A stretch of DNA of 64,000 bases from Leucoraja erinacea. Its lineage: Eukaryota. Under the pieces are notes generated by a model. The model saw only the letters and a list, made by a program, of their open reading frames with translations. It did not search any database and was not told the DNA's origin. This document shows, one piece after another, positions 1 to 12,781 of the stretch. Position 1 is the stretch's first letter; each line of letters opens with the position of its first letter. A program made the translations under genes and the position numbers. The stretch spans positions 28,582,001 through 28,646,000 of the forward strand of contig NC_073398.1 in the NCBI RefSeq assembly GCF_028641065.1, read 5' to 3'.

Positions 1-207
1 AGTTAATGCACAGATTACCCAAATAAATATTCAAACATCAGTGAGAGTGTATAATACTTGGTGTAATATTGTTATATTAGTAATTCTGGTGCTATCAAAA
101 GAAGGAAGGGAACATTCCTATCAAACTCACAATAAATTGGCATGTAGTTCAATAGCAGACAAAACTGATTAACTCAATATAGATGTTTGCCTTTTTCTTA
201 AACACAG

Positions 208-282
208 GGTGCAGAGAAAGTGGAGCAGACCCCAATTGAGGTACAATATCAGGGAATGTTATACAATCTTCCACAGTACATG
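208..282 (+). CDS. STRIP2: STRIP2 exon (GAEKVEQTPIEVQYQGMLYNLPQYM)
   Basis: acag| ... atg|gtgagt; 75 nt. Confidence 0.9.
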
Positions 283-3200
283 GTGAGTATCAGCTGTCTA
301 CAGCCAGTGTGCCCAATTGTCCCAACGATGTATAGTGGCACCATCCTTGCAGACCACAGTTGTTGAGAATTATTATGGAGGAGATGTTGTCACCTATCCG
401 CATGGATTGTGGTCTGTGGGTTAGTATGTCGAGCATCCAGTGGCAGAGAGGATTACTGATTCCTCAGTCTGGGAGTTTGGAGATGAGTTTGGATGGCATT
501 ATGGCGTTGAAGGTGGAGCTATAGTCCATAAATAGAAGTCTAATGTAGGAGCCCTTGCTGTCTACATTTTCCCAAGATGAGATTCAGGCTAGGGAGATGA
601 CATCTGCTGAATGTGTTACGATGGGAAGCAAACTGCATGGTTCAAGGCTGGCTGGGGGGGGGGCTGGAGTTAACGTGCACCATCAACAGTCTCTTGAAGC
701 ACTTCACGATGGTGGATGTCAGAGCCATTGGACGGTAGTCATTAAAGCAAACAACCTTACTTTTCTTTGGTACAAAATTATAGTTGTTTCCTTGAAGCAG
801 GTGGGGACCCCTTAGTGGTGAAAGGTTACAGATGCCTGCAAATAGCCCTTGCCAGCTGATCCACAAGGTCCCGAGGATATGGCCAGGGACTCCATCCAGT
901 GCAGTTGCTTTCTGCACATTCATTCTCACAGGACGGCCAAGCTTACGTCTGCCACAGTAACCATTGGTACAGATGGACCCAAGATTGGCAGTGGGGGTGG
1001 CATTCGTCCACCAACCTTCTGTTCAAAGAGGGCATGGAATGCATTGAGTTAATTGGGGAGGGATCCTCTGTTGCCCATAATGCTGCCTACCGTTGTTTTG
1101 TAGCATGCATGCCCAGCCACAATCTATGGCACACTACTGACCACCTCTTGCACTACTGTTTCTAATTGTGTGGTTGTACTAAAGTCTTGTTTTTATTGGA
1201 GTTTTTTTATTTTCACTGTCTTGTATAAATTATGTATAATTTATTTTCTGTGTGCTGTCTGAGTCTATATTGCTTGTAATGCTGCTGGAAGCAAGCTTTT
1301 CATTGTACCTGTATCTCACCATATTTGAGCAAGAAATATGGAGTGGCGCAGTGGTAGAGTTGAGGCCTTAGTGCTTTCAGCACCGGAGTCCCGAGTTCGA
1401 TCCCAACCACGGGTGCTGTCTGTACGGAGTTTTACATTCTCCCCCTGACCGCATCGGTTTTCTCCGAGATCTTCGGTTTCCTCCCACACTCTAAAGACAT
1501 ACAAGGGGGAGTACAGAGAAGGTTCACCAGACTGATTCCTGGGATGTCAGGACTTTCATATGAAGAAAGACTGGATAGACTCGGCTTGTACTCGCTAGAA
1601 TTTAGAAGATTGAGGGAGGATCTTATAGAAACTTACAAATTTCTTAAGGGGTTGGACAGGCTAGATACAGGGAGATTGTTCCTGATGTTGGGGAAGTCCA
1701 GAACAAGGGGTCACAGTTTAAGGATAAGGGGGAAATTTTTTAGGACCGAGATGAGAAAAACATTTTTCACACAGAGAGTGGTGAATCTGTGGAATTCTCT
1801 GCCACAGAAGGTAGTTGAGGCCAGTTCATTGGCTATATTTAAGAGGGAGTTAGATGTGGCCCTTGTGGCGAAAGGTATCAGGGGGTATGGAGAGAAGGCA
1901 GGTACAGGATACTGAGTTGGATGATCAGCCATGATCATATTGAATGGCGGTGCAGGCTCGAAGGGCCAAATAGCCTAATCCTGCACCTATTTTCTATGTT
2001 TCTATGTTTGTAGGTTAATTGGCCCTAGTGTGTGTTGGAGAGTGTTAATATGTGGGGATCGCTGGTCAGTGCCGACTTGGTGGGCCGAAGGGCCTGTTTC
2101 TGCGCTGTATCTCTCAACATAAAAAACTAAACTAAATATGGCAATAAACTTGACCTGACGAGTGAATAAGCAGTGCATAAATTGACTGTCACATTACCAA
2201 GCAGTACCTCTGATGAAAAATGGTGTGGCAGTGAAATATGAGATCATTCTTCTGCAGATGATGTTCTGATGAGGTTTACTCTGCAGATAGCCCTGCTGAA
2301 GATACAGCTGGCTGCTGCTCCCACATCCAAGACAAAGACCGACTCCATCAATATCTTGGCTGACGTTCTGCCCGAGGAAATGCCGTGAGTTTTGCTTCAG
2401 TTTTAATTTAATTTTAGTAAGTTTCATGAAATCCCTTATGTCTCTGTGTAATATTTTATACTTGGGGCACTCATTGTCCTTGCACTCTCCCTCAACAAAA
2501 GTCTCATCAGTTTTCCCTGTGTTTTTACCCATCCTCTCTGGAAGCCTGTCCCCACATCGGAGAAGGATTCTAGTTTGCCACATCAAAACAACACTCTCAT
2601 TCCTAAGTCATGAAAGTTTATAATGTGTGTGTGTGAAGGCTGGAGTTACCACTGCTGTCTTCATGTGTGAGCTAACAGGAATGGGATGAAGTAATGTCCA
2701 CCACCTTATTCCACTCCCCGCTCTCTGGCTGGGGGGGCACAAACTGACAAACCTGGCCTCAGATCAGTTAATGGTTGCCTTCACACTGTGGGGAAAAATG
2801 TACAAACCAGTAATACATTTTAAATTGTTTGAGGCATTGGTCAAGTCAATGCTAAACCAATTTACCCATCCACTTTCAAACTAAGAAATGCACTAAGGAT
2901 TAAGCTTTCTGAGAAGATCTTTCAAATATTTTATTTTTTGGATTAAAACCATGTTGCTGAAACTTTATTAAGAACTTCTTAACTCTTTTTTTCGTTGGGT
3001 TGAATTTGTAGAGGGAAAGATTTTCTTTGGACGGCACACTGGTGCAGTGGTAGAGCTGCTGCCTCACAGCACCAGAAACCCGGGTTCGATCCCGACCTCA
3101 GCTGACATCTGTGTGGAGTTTGCATGTTCTCCATGACCGCATGGGTTTCCCACTTCCCAAAAACGCGTGGGTTTGTAGGTTAATTGACCTCTGTAAATTA

Positions 3201-6200
3201 CCCCTGGTGTGTAGTGGGATAACTAGTGTGAACGGGTGATCAATGGTTGGCGTGGAAACAGTGGACTGAAGGGCCAGGTTCCGTGCTGTATTGCAAAACT
3301 AAAACTAAACGAAACATCCCAAAACAAACTTGTTACAATTAACTCATTTTAGAGCCTTTGATTCAAGTTGTCACATCATTTTCTTGATCAGGGAACATTG
3401 ATAATATAATTAAGGACATTTCCTTAGCATTCCTTTAATTGATGGTTGATGGTAGACAAGGGCTGGGTGCATTTTTCCCTGCTGCATCTCTATGACTGTG
3501 ACTAATGGTGCTATCGGAAGGCATTTTTCATAAAGTTAGGCTAAATTAAAGGAAATTTAATCTAGATTTACCTCCATTGCAGCCCGATGCCACGTTGGGT
3601 GGTGCTTCTACGCTGTGAAATATACGCTTCATGATAAAATTGGTTTAGAGTGAAATTAATTATAATATATCCTGTAATAATTCAAAGCCAGATTGTCTCT
3701 ATTACATTTTATGCAGCATCACTGTGCTACAAAGCATGAAGCTAGGCATTGATGTCAACAGACACAAAGAGATAATTGTGAAAGCTATCTCTGCCCTCAT
3801 GCTTCTGCTGCTCAAGCATCTCAAGCTCAACCATATCTACCAGGTAAACTGTGTGGTTCCTCAATCGGGGCACTGCCAAACACTTGAGGTCACCTCTGGA
3901 TGCACAAAGGGGAACTTAGACTTGGTTCCTCTGTCTCCTAGAGGGCAGCTAAGGGCCACAGGGTAGGAACCCTTGCTTTGAACCCAACCAGCAACCAAGA
4001 CAACTAATCTGAATGGCATGGTTTACTGAGGAAGTGCAAAATTGTTGAGTGTGGGTGGTGGAGTAAGAATTCTACTGCCTTTCTGTGCGTTTAATCAAGA
4101 AGATGTTCATGTTTGAAAATTCCTGCATGAAGCTGAAAAGGAAGAATCCCACAAGAGGCAGGGCAGCACTCAATGTCATCTAAGGAAATGAAGCTGGACA
4201 GGTGGTGAAAATACCACTGGGGGAACAGCAATCATAATTCCGTGTTTTAATGTAATAGTGGTAAAATATATGGGTGATCCTCAAGTTATGGTCATGAACT
4301 GGGATAAACTTGATCTTGATAGCGTAAGAGAGGAATTGGTGAAAGGTCCTTGGTCTTTCACTTGGGCAGCTTACAACCCAGGAAAGGAAAGAGAAAAGAA
4401 AAAGGTCTGTGATGGGTTAGAGGTCAAGAGTGAATAGATGAAGCAGGGGACAATGGTGAATGAGACGGCCATAAAATAGAATGCAGGCCCCCAAGGGTGT
4501 ATAAACATTGCAACACAGCACTAGAGGGGTAGGGACTATAATGTGTTGGAGCTTGGTTGAGTTGTGTGAGGAGATGATCCCTCCTTACTCCCCTTTTTAT
4601 TCTCCTAGTTCGAATATGTTTCCCAGCACTTGGTATTTGCCAACTGTATCCCTCTCATTCTGAAGTTCTTCAATCAGAACATCATGTCGTACATCACAGC
4701 CAAGAACAGGTAAGGACGAACTCTGACCTCGCCCGTGTGACTGCGAACATAACCTGCGTACAGGGCATAATTTTATAACTGGGTTAGCATCCACAGGGAA
4801 GTCCACAGGGATGAGCGCATGGTCAACTGGCACATCAATGTCTTGGTCATCTAATTGTCTTTGTCAGGATCCCCATGTGTACTAGTCGAGAGCGGAAGGG
4901 ATATTTACAGCAAGCAAGCTAGCTTCTGTTTGGCCTGGCTGTCTCTTCCACCCAATTGTTGCTGGATGGGGGAAGTGACAACTGTGAGCCTGAAATGGAT
5001 TATTGACAGCCTGATTCATCATGAAGGAACATCACAAGCAGCTGACCTTGAACCTACCAAGCCAGTAAACCATTCTCAATCCAGAAAGGCTACCTAATAA
5101 AGAAGAGAGAATGGAGTCAGAAGCTAGTCGGTTGGGCGTCCTTCCTCGATGGCGTAGTGGCCTGGTGTGGACACCTGACTGGTTCTGAAAACTGGGGAAG
5201 ATTGTGAATTAAACTTTGGTATTTCCAGTTCATAAGAAATTAACACTCACTGATTTGCAACATTAAGTAAACAGTATTCTTATGATGTCTGCTGTATGTT
5301 TTTATATTGGAGTACAGAATGAGTTGNNNNNNNNNNNNNNNNNNNNNNNNNNNNNNNNNNNNNNNNNNNNNNNNNNNNNNNNNNNNNNNNNNNNNNNNNN
5401 NNNNNNNNNNNNNNNNNNNNNNNNNNNNNNNNNNNNNNNNNNNNNNNNNNNNNNNNGGCAGTGTAATTAAGAAGTCACTGTTTGCATTGGCAGGGACACT
5501 GCTAATTAAGAATTTCAGATTGAAGATAATGAAAAGGCGGGAAGATGAGAAAACATTTTCTCACAGAGCATATAACGATGTGGATAAAATCAGGAGAGGG
5601 CAGATTAAATACTAATGTTTAAAGAGAAGTTGGATAAATGCTTAAAAAAGAAAACACTGGAGATGTTTAGGGAACAACAATGGGGTAGAACTAACCAGAT
5701 TGCCCTGGAGAGCCATGTGCCAACTGGACACCCCTTGATCTCTGTTGTTTGAATGAGGAATGGAAAATGGACAGAGGAAGCACCAGATAGTTTTGGCATT
5801 AACCCTCCGTGAACTGCACAGTGTGAGAAAGCGGAGGATGGAAGCAGCAACCAAAACGATTCTGTTGATCTCAGTCATCAAATTGTGCAGTGCGGCCCGT
5901 TGTGGCTGCACAACGTCCTGTGGGGTTTCTGCAAGGCCTGCTGAGAAATCTGTGATTATGCAAATGACTCTGTAGACTTTGTCACAGCTATGTGTTGTTT
6001 TGTGCACAGTATCGCTGTCCTGGACTATCCTCACTGCGTGATCCACGAGCTGCCAGAACTTACTACTGACGCTCTGGTAAGTACAGGGAATGAAAGAAAC
6101 TAACATGGAAGGGTCTCGACCTAAAACGTCACCCATTCCTTCTCTCCAGAGAGGCTGCCTGTCCCGCTGAGTTACTTCAGCTTTTTGTGTCGAACATCAA

Positions 6201-9200
6201 TCCTGGATGGACTGACAAGATCCCCAGCCTTAGTCATAGCCATAAAGTGATACAGTGTGAAAACTGGCCTTTCGGCCCAACTTGCCCACACCGGCCAACA
6301 TGTCCCAGCTACACTTGTACCACCTGCCTGTGCTTGGTCCATATCCCTCCAAACTTGTCCTATTCATGTACCTGTCTAACTGTTTCTTAAACGTTGGGAT
6401 AGTCCCAGCCTCAACTACCTTCTCTGGCAGCTTGTTCCACACACCCACCAACCCTTTGTTTGAAGTACAGATGCCCCTGGGGATAATTTAACCATTGATT
6501 CCTGCTGGAAAGGGCAAGAGTGCTGGATGGACATACTAATGCTTCTAAATATCAAACATGCAGAGGGGTGTTCCAACATTACTCACTGGGCCAGTGGATA
6601 GGGACTGTCTCCTTTGATTTAGACATCCACAAATTCAAGGCTCACTTTCTGTGCCTGATGAGCTGAGTGAATTAGGCACGGCTTTGGTTGCTGGTTCTTC
6701 AGATCAGATTAGTGTACAGTACAGAGACAACAAAATGCTGGCTCTTGGTTGAGCTGTTAAGCTCTTTGCCCTGATCGACACCAAGATTGAACAATCAGTT
6801 CTGAAGAAATGTAGATTGTTCCCCCAGTGTCATGGTGGGTTTTTTCACTCACAGAACCCGAGCAGAAACATCCAGCATTCAGTCCTCTTTGTGGCACATT
6901 TGTCTTGGAGGTGTAGAGGAGAGCGATCAGGGAAACTGTTCATTTAGTTGCTCCTCTGGGATCTGCAGTACATCTCATGCTCTCAGAATGTGAGGTAATA
7001 CAGAGGGGGAATAATTCTGCCCTTTGCTAGTGGGCACAGTTGGACGATGACTGAAGATCAGCAGTAAAGGAAGGATTTCCCAGAGACCATGGTGAAGGAT
7101 ACTATGAGCCAATGCAGTGGGTTGTGGTGCATCTTAATGGGCCAAGATGATAGGAGTTTCAGTCCAGGTTGAATGTGTGGCATAGCTGATTGCTTTTGGT
7201 ATTCAATCCTATCTGTAGGTTGAAGTAGCGGAGACGAAATATTCATCTTCCAACCACATTTTCCCTCTTTTCCACAAATTAAACCATTGACTCTTGTTTT
7301 CAAGAATGCAACGTCTTTGTTCTATGTGTTGTTATAGAACGCAGGATTCCAACTCACACCAAGCCCCTGTTCAGTTTAGAAAAAATCTTTTTTGAAATAC
7401 TCATCCTTGTGTTCAAATCCCTCCAAGTCTTTGTATCTCCCTTTCTCCATATCTTACGCCAGGCCCTTAGCCCCAACAGCTTTATCCTTCTGGCATCTTG
7501 AACATCTATGCTTCCATGGCCTTGAAATGTCTAGACCATGGCCTCGGGAAATGCCTTCCTAAATCTACCTTTTGACACAGTCAGTATCTGTCAAGCTTTC
7601 AATGAGTAGAGCTAGTGTCAGTTCCTTTGCTGCTTTGTCCATTTTGGTCTGATTCTGCCTTGGGCTCTGGGGAGGAGTTCACTGTGTTAACTGTGCTATT
7701 TGTTCATTCTGCAGGAAGCCGGTGACCATAATCAGTTCTGCTGGAGGAACCTCTTCTCCTGTATCAACCTGCTGCGTATTCTAAACAAGCTCACCAAATG
7801 GAAACACTCTCGCACCATGGTGAGAGCAAACCTTTCTCCTTTGAGAGCCTTTGGGTTATGCTATGGGTGTAACCTTGAGGTACAATTGTAGTAATTTTCT
7901 CTGGAATGTAATGTGCAGAACTGCATGGAATGTGTGGAGGATCAATGTGATTGCTGTGATAGGGTCCAGTATGTATGTAATGGTCAAATCTCCTCCTTCC
8001 AACAATTCTATCATTCCAAATCTGTGGCTCTTTATGATTTCAGGAACTGACAGCCCACCTAGAACATGTCCCAGCCTCCCCCTTCCCTCTGCCATACAAG
8101 GATACTATAGTATCCTGGACCAGTGCCTTTTACAATTGTCGTAGGACTTAACCATTTTATGTTCCAAGACCCTTGAAATAACCATCAGCATTCAGTTAGC
8201 TAGATTTGTATGTGAGCCGTTTTGTGTTACACGTCTGAAAGCTCCTAAATTCTTTCTCGATTTAAATAAAAAACCTGTTTTATCATTCTTCCTTCCAAAG
8301 TGAACTCCTGCCAACTCTGGCATTCACCAACTTTTGCCCACACATTTAACATCAACATCTGTGAAGGTGTTTGTATCCTCGCTATAGATTGCCTTTTCAC
8401 CTACTGGAATGGCAATTTCTAACTTTTCCAATGTCCAGTTTTCTGTTGCCATTACTACACAGGTAAGTAGGAGTGATCTTACACAGACAAAAAAAAGAAC
8501 AGATCTTCCAGTCGTTATTTCCAGCGTTAATTGGTTCTTTATTGAAGTAGTTGTACAAACAAAGAGATGAACATGCCAGGTCCTTATTCGCATACAAGCT
8601 GTAACTTTCCGTTCTCTCCCATCTGGTGAGAACTGTGTGCTCTCCAACCCCTGTGCCTGGTCTGGTCACTCCCTGTCCGCTATGCTATATGTAACGCCCT
8701 TCTATGCATCAAATGCCTGCCCCCAAGTGTTCAAAATTATACTGCTAGAAATATCTAGACAAAATAATATAATATGCCAACAGTAGCTAGCCTGAACATA
8801 AATGGCTCCTACACCTACTTTGTGTCACCTGTTAATTTGGCTCCAGTACACTTGCTTCCTTAAAGTTATTAATATCTTGTAAATAGTTCACCCCACAACA
8901 CCGATCCCCCCTGGTTACAGGTTGCAACCTGAAAATAATGTCCTTATGTCTACTCTTTGCTTCCTGCCGGTTAGCCAAAGCTCTATCAATGCTAATCACT
9001 ATGAATTCTTAAGTAAGAATGCAAGGTAAACCTTTTGTGGGCACCTTCCTAAGTCCCTTTGAAAATCCAAGTATGCTACACATACTATTTCCCCTCTATC
9101 CACCCTAATACTAAATTAAATAATTTAAATAACACTGTCAGACATGATATCTACTTCATGAAGCCTTGCTGATGCTGGTTTGTCACATTTTGTCCTGCCC

Positions 9201-10661
9201 CTCCCCTCTCCCAGCTTCCCATCCCTCTCTCCCCACAATCTGAAGAAGGGCCCCAACCGGAAACGTCACTGATCCATGTCCTCCAGAGATGCTGTCTGAT
9301 CCGCTGAGTTACTCCAGCATTTTATATCCTTTTTCAGCATCTGGAGTTCTTTGTTTCTACGTTTTGAATGCCCTCATGGTGTGATCATTTTTCTAATGTT
9401 GACACTCCAAATGTTTTTTCTATTACCTCCACAATAAGTCCATCTTCTGGTTTTTCCCCAGATGCTTGTGGTTTTCAAGTCGGCGCCAATTTTGAAGCGG
9501 GTCCTGAGGGCAAAGCAGGCAATAATGCAGCTGTATGCACTCAAACTGCTGAAGATCCAGACCAAATACATGGGGCGGCAGTGGAGGAAGAGCAACATGA
9601 AGACCATGTCTGCCATCTACCACAAAGTGCGACATCGCTTTAATGATGACTGGGCGTATGGCAATGGTACGGGGAACATCATCACGCCATGAGGATATTC
9701 AATATGTAGAAACAAGGAACTGCAGATGCTGGTTTACAAAAAAAGGATAGAAAGTGCTGGAGTAACTCAGTGGTTCAGACAGCATCTCCGGAGAACATGG
9801 ATAGGTGACGTTTCGGGTCGGGGCCCTTCACCAGATCGATTGTTGCGGTGGGGTGGGGGAGGGGAGAAATCTGAGAGAGTGAAGATACAGGACAAAACGG
9901 CAGGTATTGTGAACACAGGCGGGGGGGGGGGGGGGGGGGGGGGGGGGTTGATAGGCAGATGGTCAGAACAAAAGCCAGAGATTACAACAGAAGGTGTGAG
10001 AGAACATTGACACAGTTACATAGATAGATTCTTGATTAGTACGGGTGTCAGAGGTTATGGGGAGAAGGCAGGAGAATGGGGTTGGGAGGGAGAGATAGAT
10101 CAGCCATGATTGAATGGCTGAAGAGACTTGATGGGCCGAATGGCCTAATTCTACTCCTATCACTTATGATCTTGTGTAAAGGATTAGTGAGTTGCTAATT
10201 GTGCAGCCAGAGGAAGGAATGTGGGTGGGGGAGAAGTATATGCAGGTCCAGGTGGGCACGGGGGGTGGGGGGGTGAATTAAAATGGGATGGGGGGAGTGG
10301 GTTGTTGGGGTTATCTCAAATTGGAATCTCTCAACGCCAGCATTATCCTTGTGGATCTGTGATCCTGGCTTGTAGGTCTGATGTCTATCTCTGTCTCTCT
10401 ACAGAGATCGATGCAAGGCCCTGGGACTTCCAGGCGGAGGAGTGTGCTCTGAGAGTCAACATTGAGACATTCAACAGTCGCCGCTATGGCCTGTACCACA
10501 GTGACTTGGAGTTTGCCCCGGTGGACAACTGCCTGCAGAGCGTGCTGGGACGTCGCCTGCCACTGCCCGAGGATTTCCGCTACAGCTACGAACTCTGGTT
10601 GGAGAGGGAGGTCTTTGCCCAGCCCATACGCTGGGAGGATCTGCTCCAGCCCCTGGCTTGA
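208..10661 (+). CDS. STRIP2: Striatin-interacting protein 2 (FAM40B), 3' part: last 8 coding exons; gene starts upstream of the window
   Basis: join(208..282,2287..2384,3717..3843,4609..4709,6010..6076,7715..7819,9462..9666,10405..10661). All introns are GT-AG and phases are consistent. Paralog-diagnostic residues (QGMLY, ITVLQSMKLGIDVN, NHIYQ, FEYVSQ, ELTT) match STRIP2 rather than STRIP1, and the SMKR1 neighbour agrees. Confidence 0.93.
300..1135 (-). mobile_element. Degenerate Rex1/Babar-type LINE RT fragment
   Basis: Minus-strand peptide ...DGVPGHIL...CFNDYRPMALTSTIVKCFKRL, typical of Rex-Babar RT; frameshifted. Confidence 0.7.
1343..2133 (+). mobile_element. tRNA-derived elasmobranch SINE (HE1/V-SINE-like) interrupted by a CR1 insertion
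   Basis: A-box-like TGGCGCAGTGG, B-box GAGTTCGATCC, body gtgctgtctgtacggagttt, tail gggccgaagggcctgtttc...(ACTAA)n. Confidence 0.75.
1507..2008 (+). mobile_element. CR1/HER-type LINE 3' fragment (young copy)
   Basis: ORF 1544..1915 [29 protein letters not shown]...[14 protein letters not shown] (CR1 ORF2 C-terminus) plus (TTCTATGT)n tail. Confidence 0.9.
2287..2384 (+). CDS. STRIP2: STRIP2 exon (IALLKIQLAAAPTSKTKTDSINILADVLPEEMP)
   Basis: gcag| ... cc|gtgagt; 98 nt. Confidence 0.93.
3033..3311 (+). mobile_element. tRNA-derived SINE (HE1/V-SINE-like)
   Basis: A/B boxes (GGTTCGATCC), same body and (AAACT)n tail as the other copies. Confidence 0.75.
3717..3843 (+). CDS. STRIP2: STRIP2 exon (ITVLQSMKLGIDVNRHKEII...NHIYQ)
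   Basis: gcag| ... cag|gtaaac; 127 nt. Confidence 0.93.
4609..4709 (+). CDS. STRIP2: STRIP2 exon (FEYVSQHLVFANCIPLILKFFNQNIMSYITAKN)
   Basis: ctag| ... ag|gtaagg; 101 nt. Confidence 0.93.
5327..5456. other. Assembly gap (130 N) in a STRIP2 intron
   Basis: Run of n. Confidence 0.99.
6010..6076 (+). CDS. STRIP2: STRIP2 exon (IAVLDYPHCVIHELPELTTDAL)
   Basis: acag| ... ctg|gtaagt; 67 nt. Confidence 0.92.
6235..6450 (-). mobile_element. CR1 LINE 3' fragment
   Basis: VWNKLPEKVVEAGTIPTFKKQLDRYM. Confidence 0.8.
7715..7819 (+). CDS. STRIP2: STRIP2 exon (EAGDHNQFCWRNLFSCINLLRILNKLTKWKHSRTM)
   Basis: gcag| ... atg|gtgaga; 105 nt. Confidence 0.93.
9462..9666 (+). CDS. STRIP2: STRIP2 exon (MLVVFKSAPILKR...NDDWAYGN)
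   Basis: ccag| ... g|gtacgg; 205 nt. Confidence 0.93.
9700..10335 (-). mobile_element. Penelope-like element 3' region, with a nested CR1 tail at ~10010-10170
   Basis: Same gagtaactcag...gacgtttcgggtc repeat as elsewhere; its minus-strand ...ttccaatttgagataa end matches the Penelope C-terminus at ~17370. Confidence 0.55.
10405..10661 (+). CDS. STRIP2: STRIP2 terminal coding exon (IDARPWDFQAEEC...WEDLLQPLA*)
   Basis: acag| acceptor; TGA at 10659-10661. Confidence 0.93.
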
Positions 10662-12771
10662 TGATGGCAACCTGCCTCTGCAGCAGGTGTTGCTATCCTG
10701 GCCCGTCTGCCAAAGACCTTTCCCAACGGAAATCCGATCTCAACTTTTGGCCTGGTGTTTGATTTGTAAATTTGGGATGGAACCTTGTTACTTCTCAGAC
10801 AATCCCCCAGCCCATCTCTGGCACCGTGACCTGAGTGAGTTTGTACAACATCTTGTCTCCTACCTGTCCCCACTTGGCCAACTGGAGCAACAAAACAGAT
10901 GCCATCGGGGATAATCCCTTGCACCACCACTGAGATCCTGCAGCTTTCCCTCTCATTCAATGCTGAGAGCAGCTGGACATGACCCTGCAGCCTGTAGTCC
11001 CACTCTGTAGCCATGAGCATTGAAGAGCTCAGTGCCTCAGTATGCCTATGTCTCTGCTGCTGGAGACATGACTGAAGCCCCCTTCATACATTACTGTATG
11101 GGAACAATGAGGGTAAAGTGGCTGGATTCACGATGACCCACCATACGTTCCCACACACATTGAGTGTATCTAATCTTGATTGTAATTTCCATCGCTTCCC
11201 ACCCTACATTGCCACTTTTTAAATGTTATGATTTTATTATTCATGATTTTCTCACAGTCCATTGCCAGAGTCTAGTGAAGAACAGCCAGGAAGCATAATG
11301 GGCTGATTACCAAATGTGTAATTACTTTTTATCCTGAAGGGAGATTTTGGGCTCTTGTCACAGGAAGGCTACAACATGGAAACTGGCCAAGTACCCCTTT
11401 GAGTCCATGTCACACCTTCCATAAAATGTAGCACCAGGACTGGACACAATGTTCCGACTGTGTCCTAATTAGTGTTTCATAACTTCATCAGGATTTCCGT
11501 GTCCTTGGACTCTTTGCCTCTCTTATAGTGCCCAGAAATTCACGTGTTGTTAAAGAAAAAAACACTTTTTCTATCAGTTTTGCCACTTTCAATGAACTAT
11601 CCATGTAGACCCTAGATCTCTCTGTTCATGCACACATCAAGAATTGTGTCCTCGTGTTTATGCTGCCTATTCTAACCAAAATGGTACACTTTGCATTTGT
11701 CTGCATCACATTTAATGTATCCATCTCTCACTAACTTCTCTGCGACATCTTTGTCTATTCCTATCCGTCTCAGAGTTCACTGGGCCTCCAGGTTTAATGT
11801 GTGCGCATCCATCATTGATATATATTATGAAAAGTCCTGGGGAACTCTACTGCACATATCCCTCCAGTCTGCAATGCAACTGTGTACTGTCTGAAGAAGG
11901 GTCCCAAAATGTCACCTCTCCATGTTCTCCAGAGATGCTGCCTGGCCTGCTGTTACTTCAGCAATTTGTGGCCTTTTGTGTACTACTTTTCTCTGTTTAC
12001 TGTCATTTACCCAATTCCCTGTACATACTGCCACTGCCCATTGCCTTAAGATTCATGTTGCTGCTTCTATTAAAACTATTGGTGCCCAGCTGTGGGCCGT
12101 GGTTATGTTGACTCTGCATGTGGTCAATTGTTGGAAAACCCTGACTTGCATTGTTGTAATGTTGTAGTTGTGAACAGGGCAACTAAGTTGGTCTGTGAAT
12201 CAACTGGTCACTCATTCAGCAAACGGAACATCTACTAACTGGCAGCTGAATGATTGCACTTGGAACAATGCTATGTTTGATTGGGTCATGTCTGGATTGG
12301 GTACATTAAACTGTACATGAACATGCCCTTTCGCCCAGAATGTCTGTGCTGAATGTGATGCCAAGTTAATCTCTGCCTGAAATCCATATCCCTCCATTCC
12401 ATGCATATCCATTTAGCTATCTATAAGACTCTCAAACCCACACTATTGGATCTGCTTCCACCAACACCCCTGGCAACATTCTAGACTTTATCTGTATGAA
12501 AAACCTGACTTGCACGTCTCTTTTAATCTGCCTCTCTCTCTCATCTTAACTTTATGCATTCTAGTTTGTGACATTTTCAACTTTGGGGGAAAAAGATTCT
12601 GTCTATCTACTTTATATATGACCGTTACTGTAAATGCAGCACTCAGTAGTGGAACTGAAGGTCTCCAAACATCCAGGTAATTTTCGTGTTTTGTATGTAA
12701 TAATCCCATTGTTTCATATCCTGTATTTAAGTAGTATAGATCATGGTATCAAAATAACGAGATGAAGCAAA

Positions 12772-12781
12772 AATAAATAAA
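12772..12781 (+). terminator. Candidate STRIP2 polyadenylation signal (overlapping AATAAATAAA)
   Basis: Overlapping AATAAA hexamers ~2.1 kb after the stop, followed by T/GT-rich sequence. Confidence 0.4.

Noticed and set aside
1343-1410. tRNA-like A/B boxes (also at ~3035, 22000, 32615, 34120)
   Set aside because: These are SINE heads followed by SINE body and tail, not tRNA genes.
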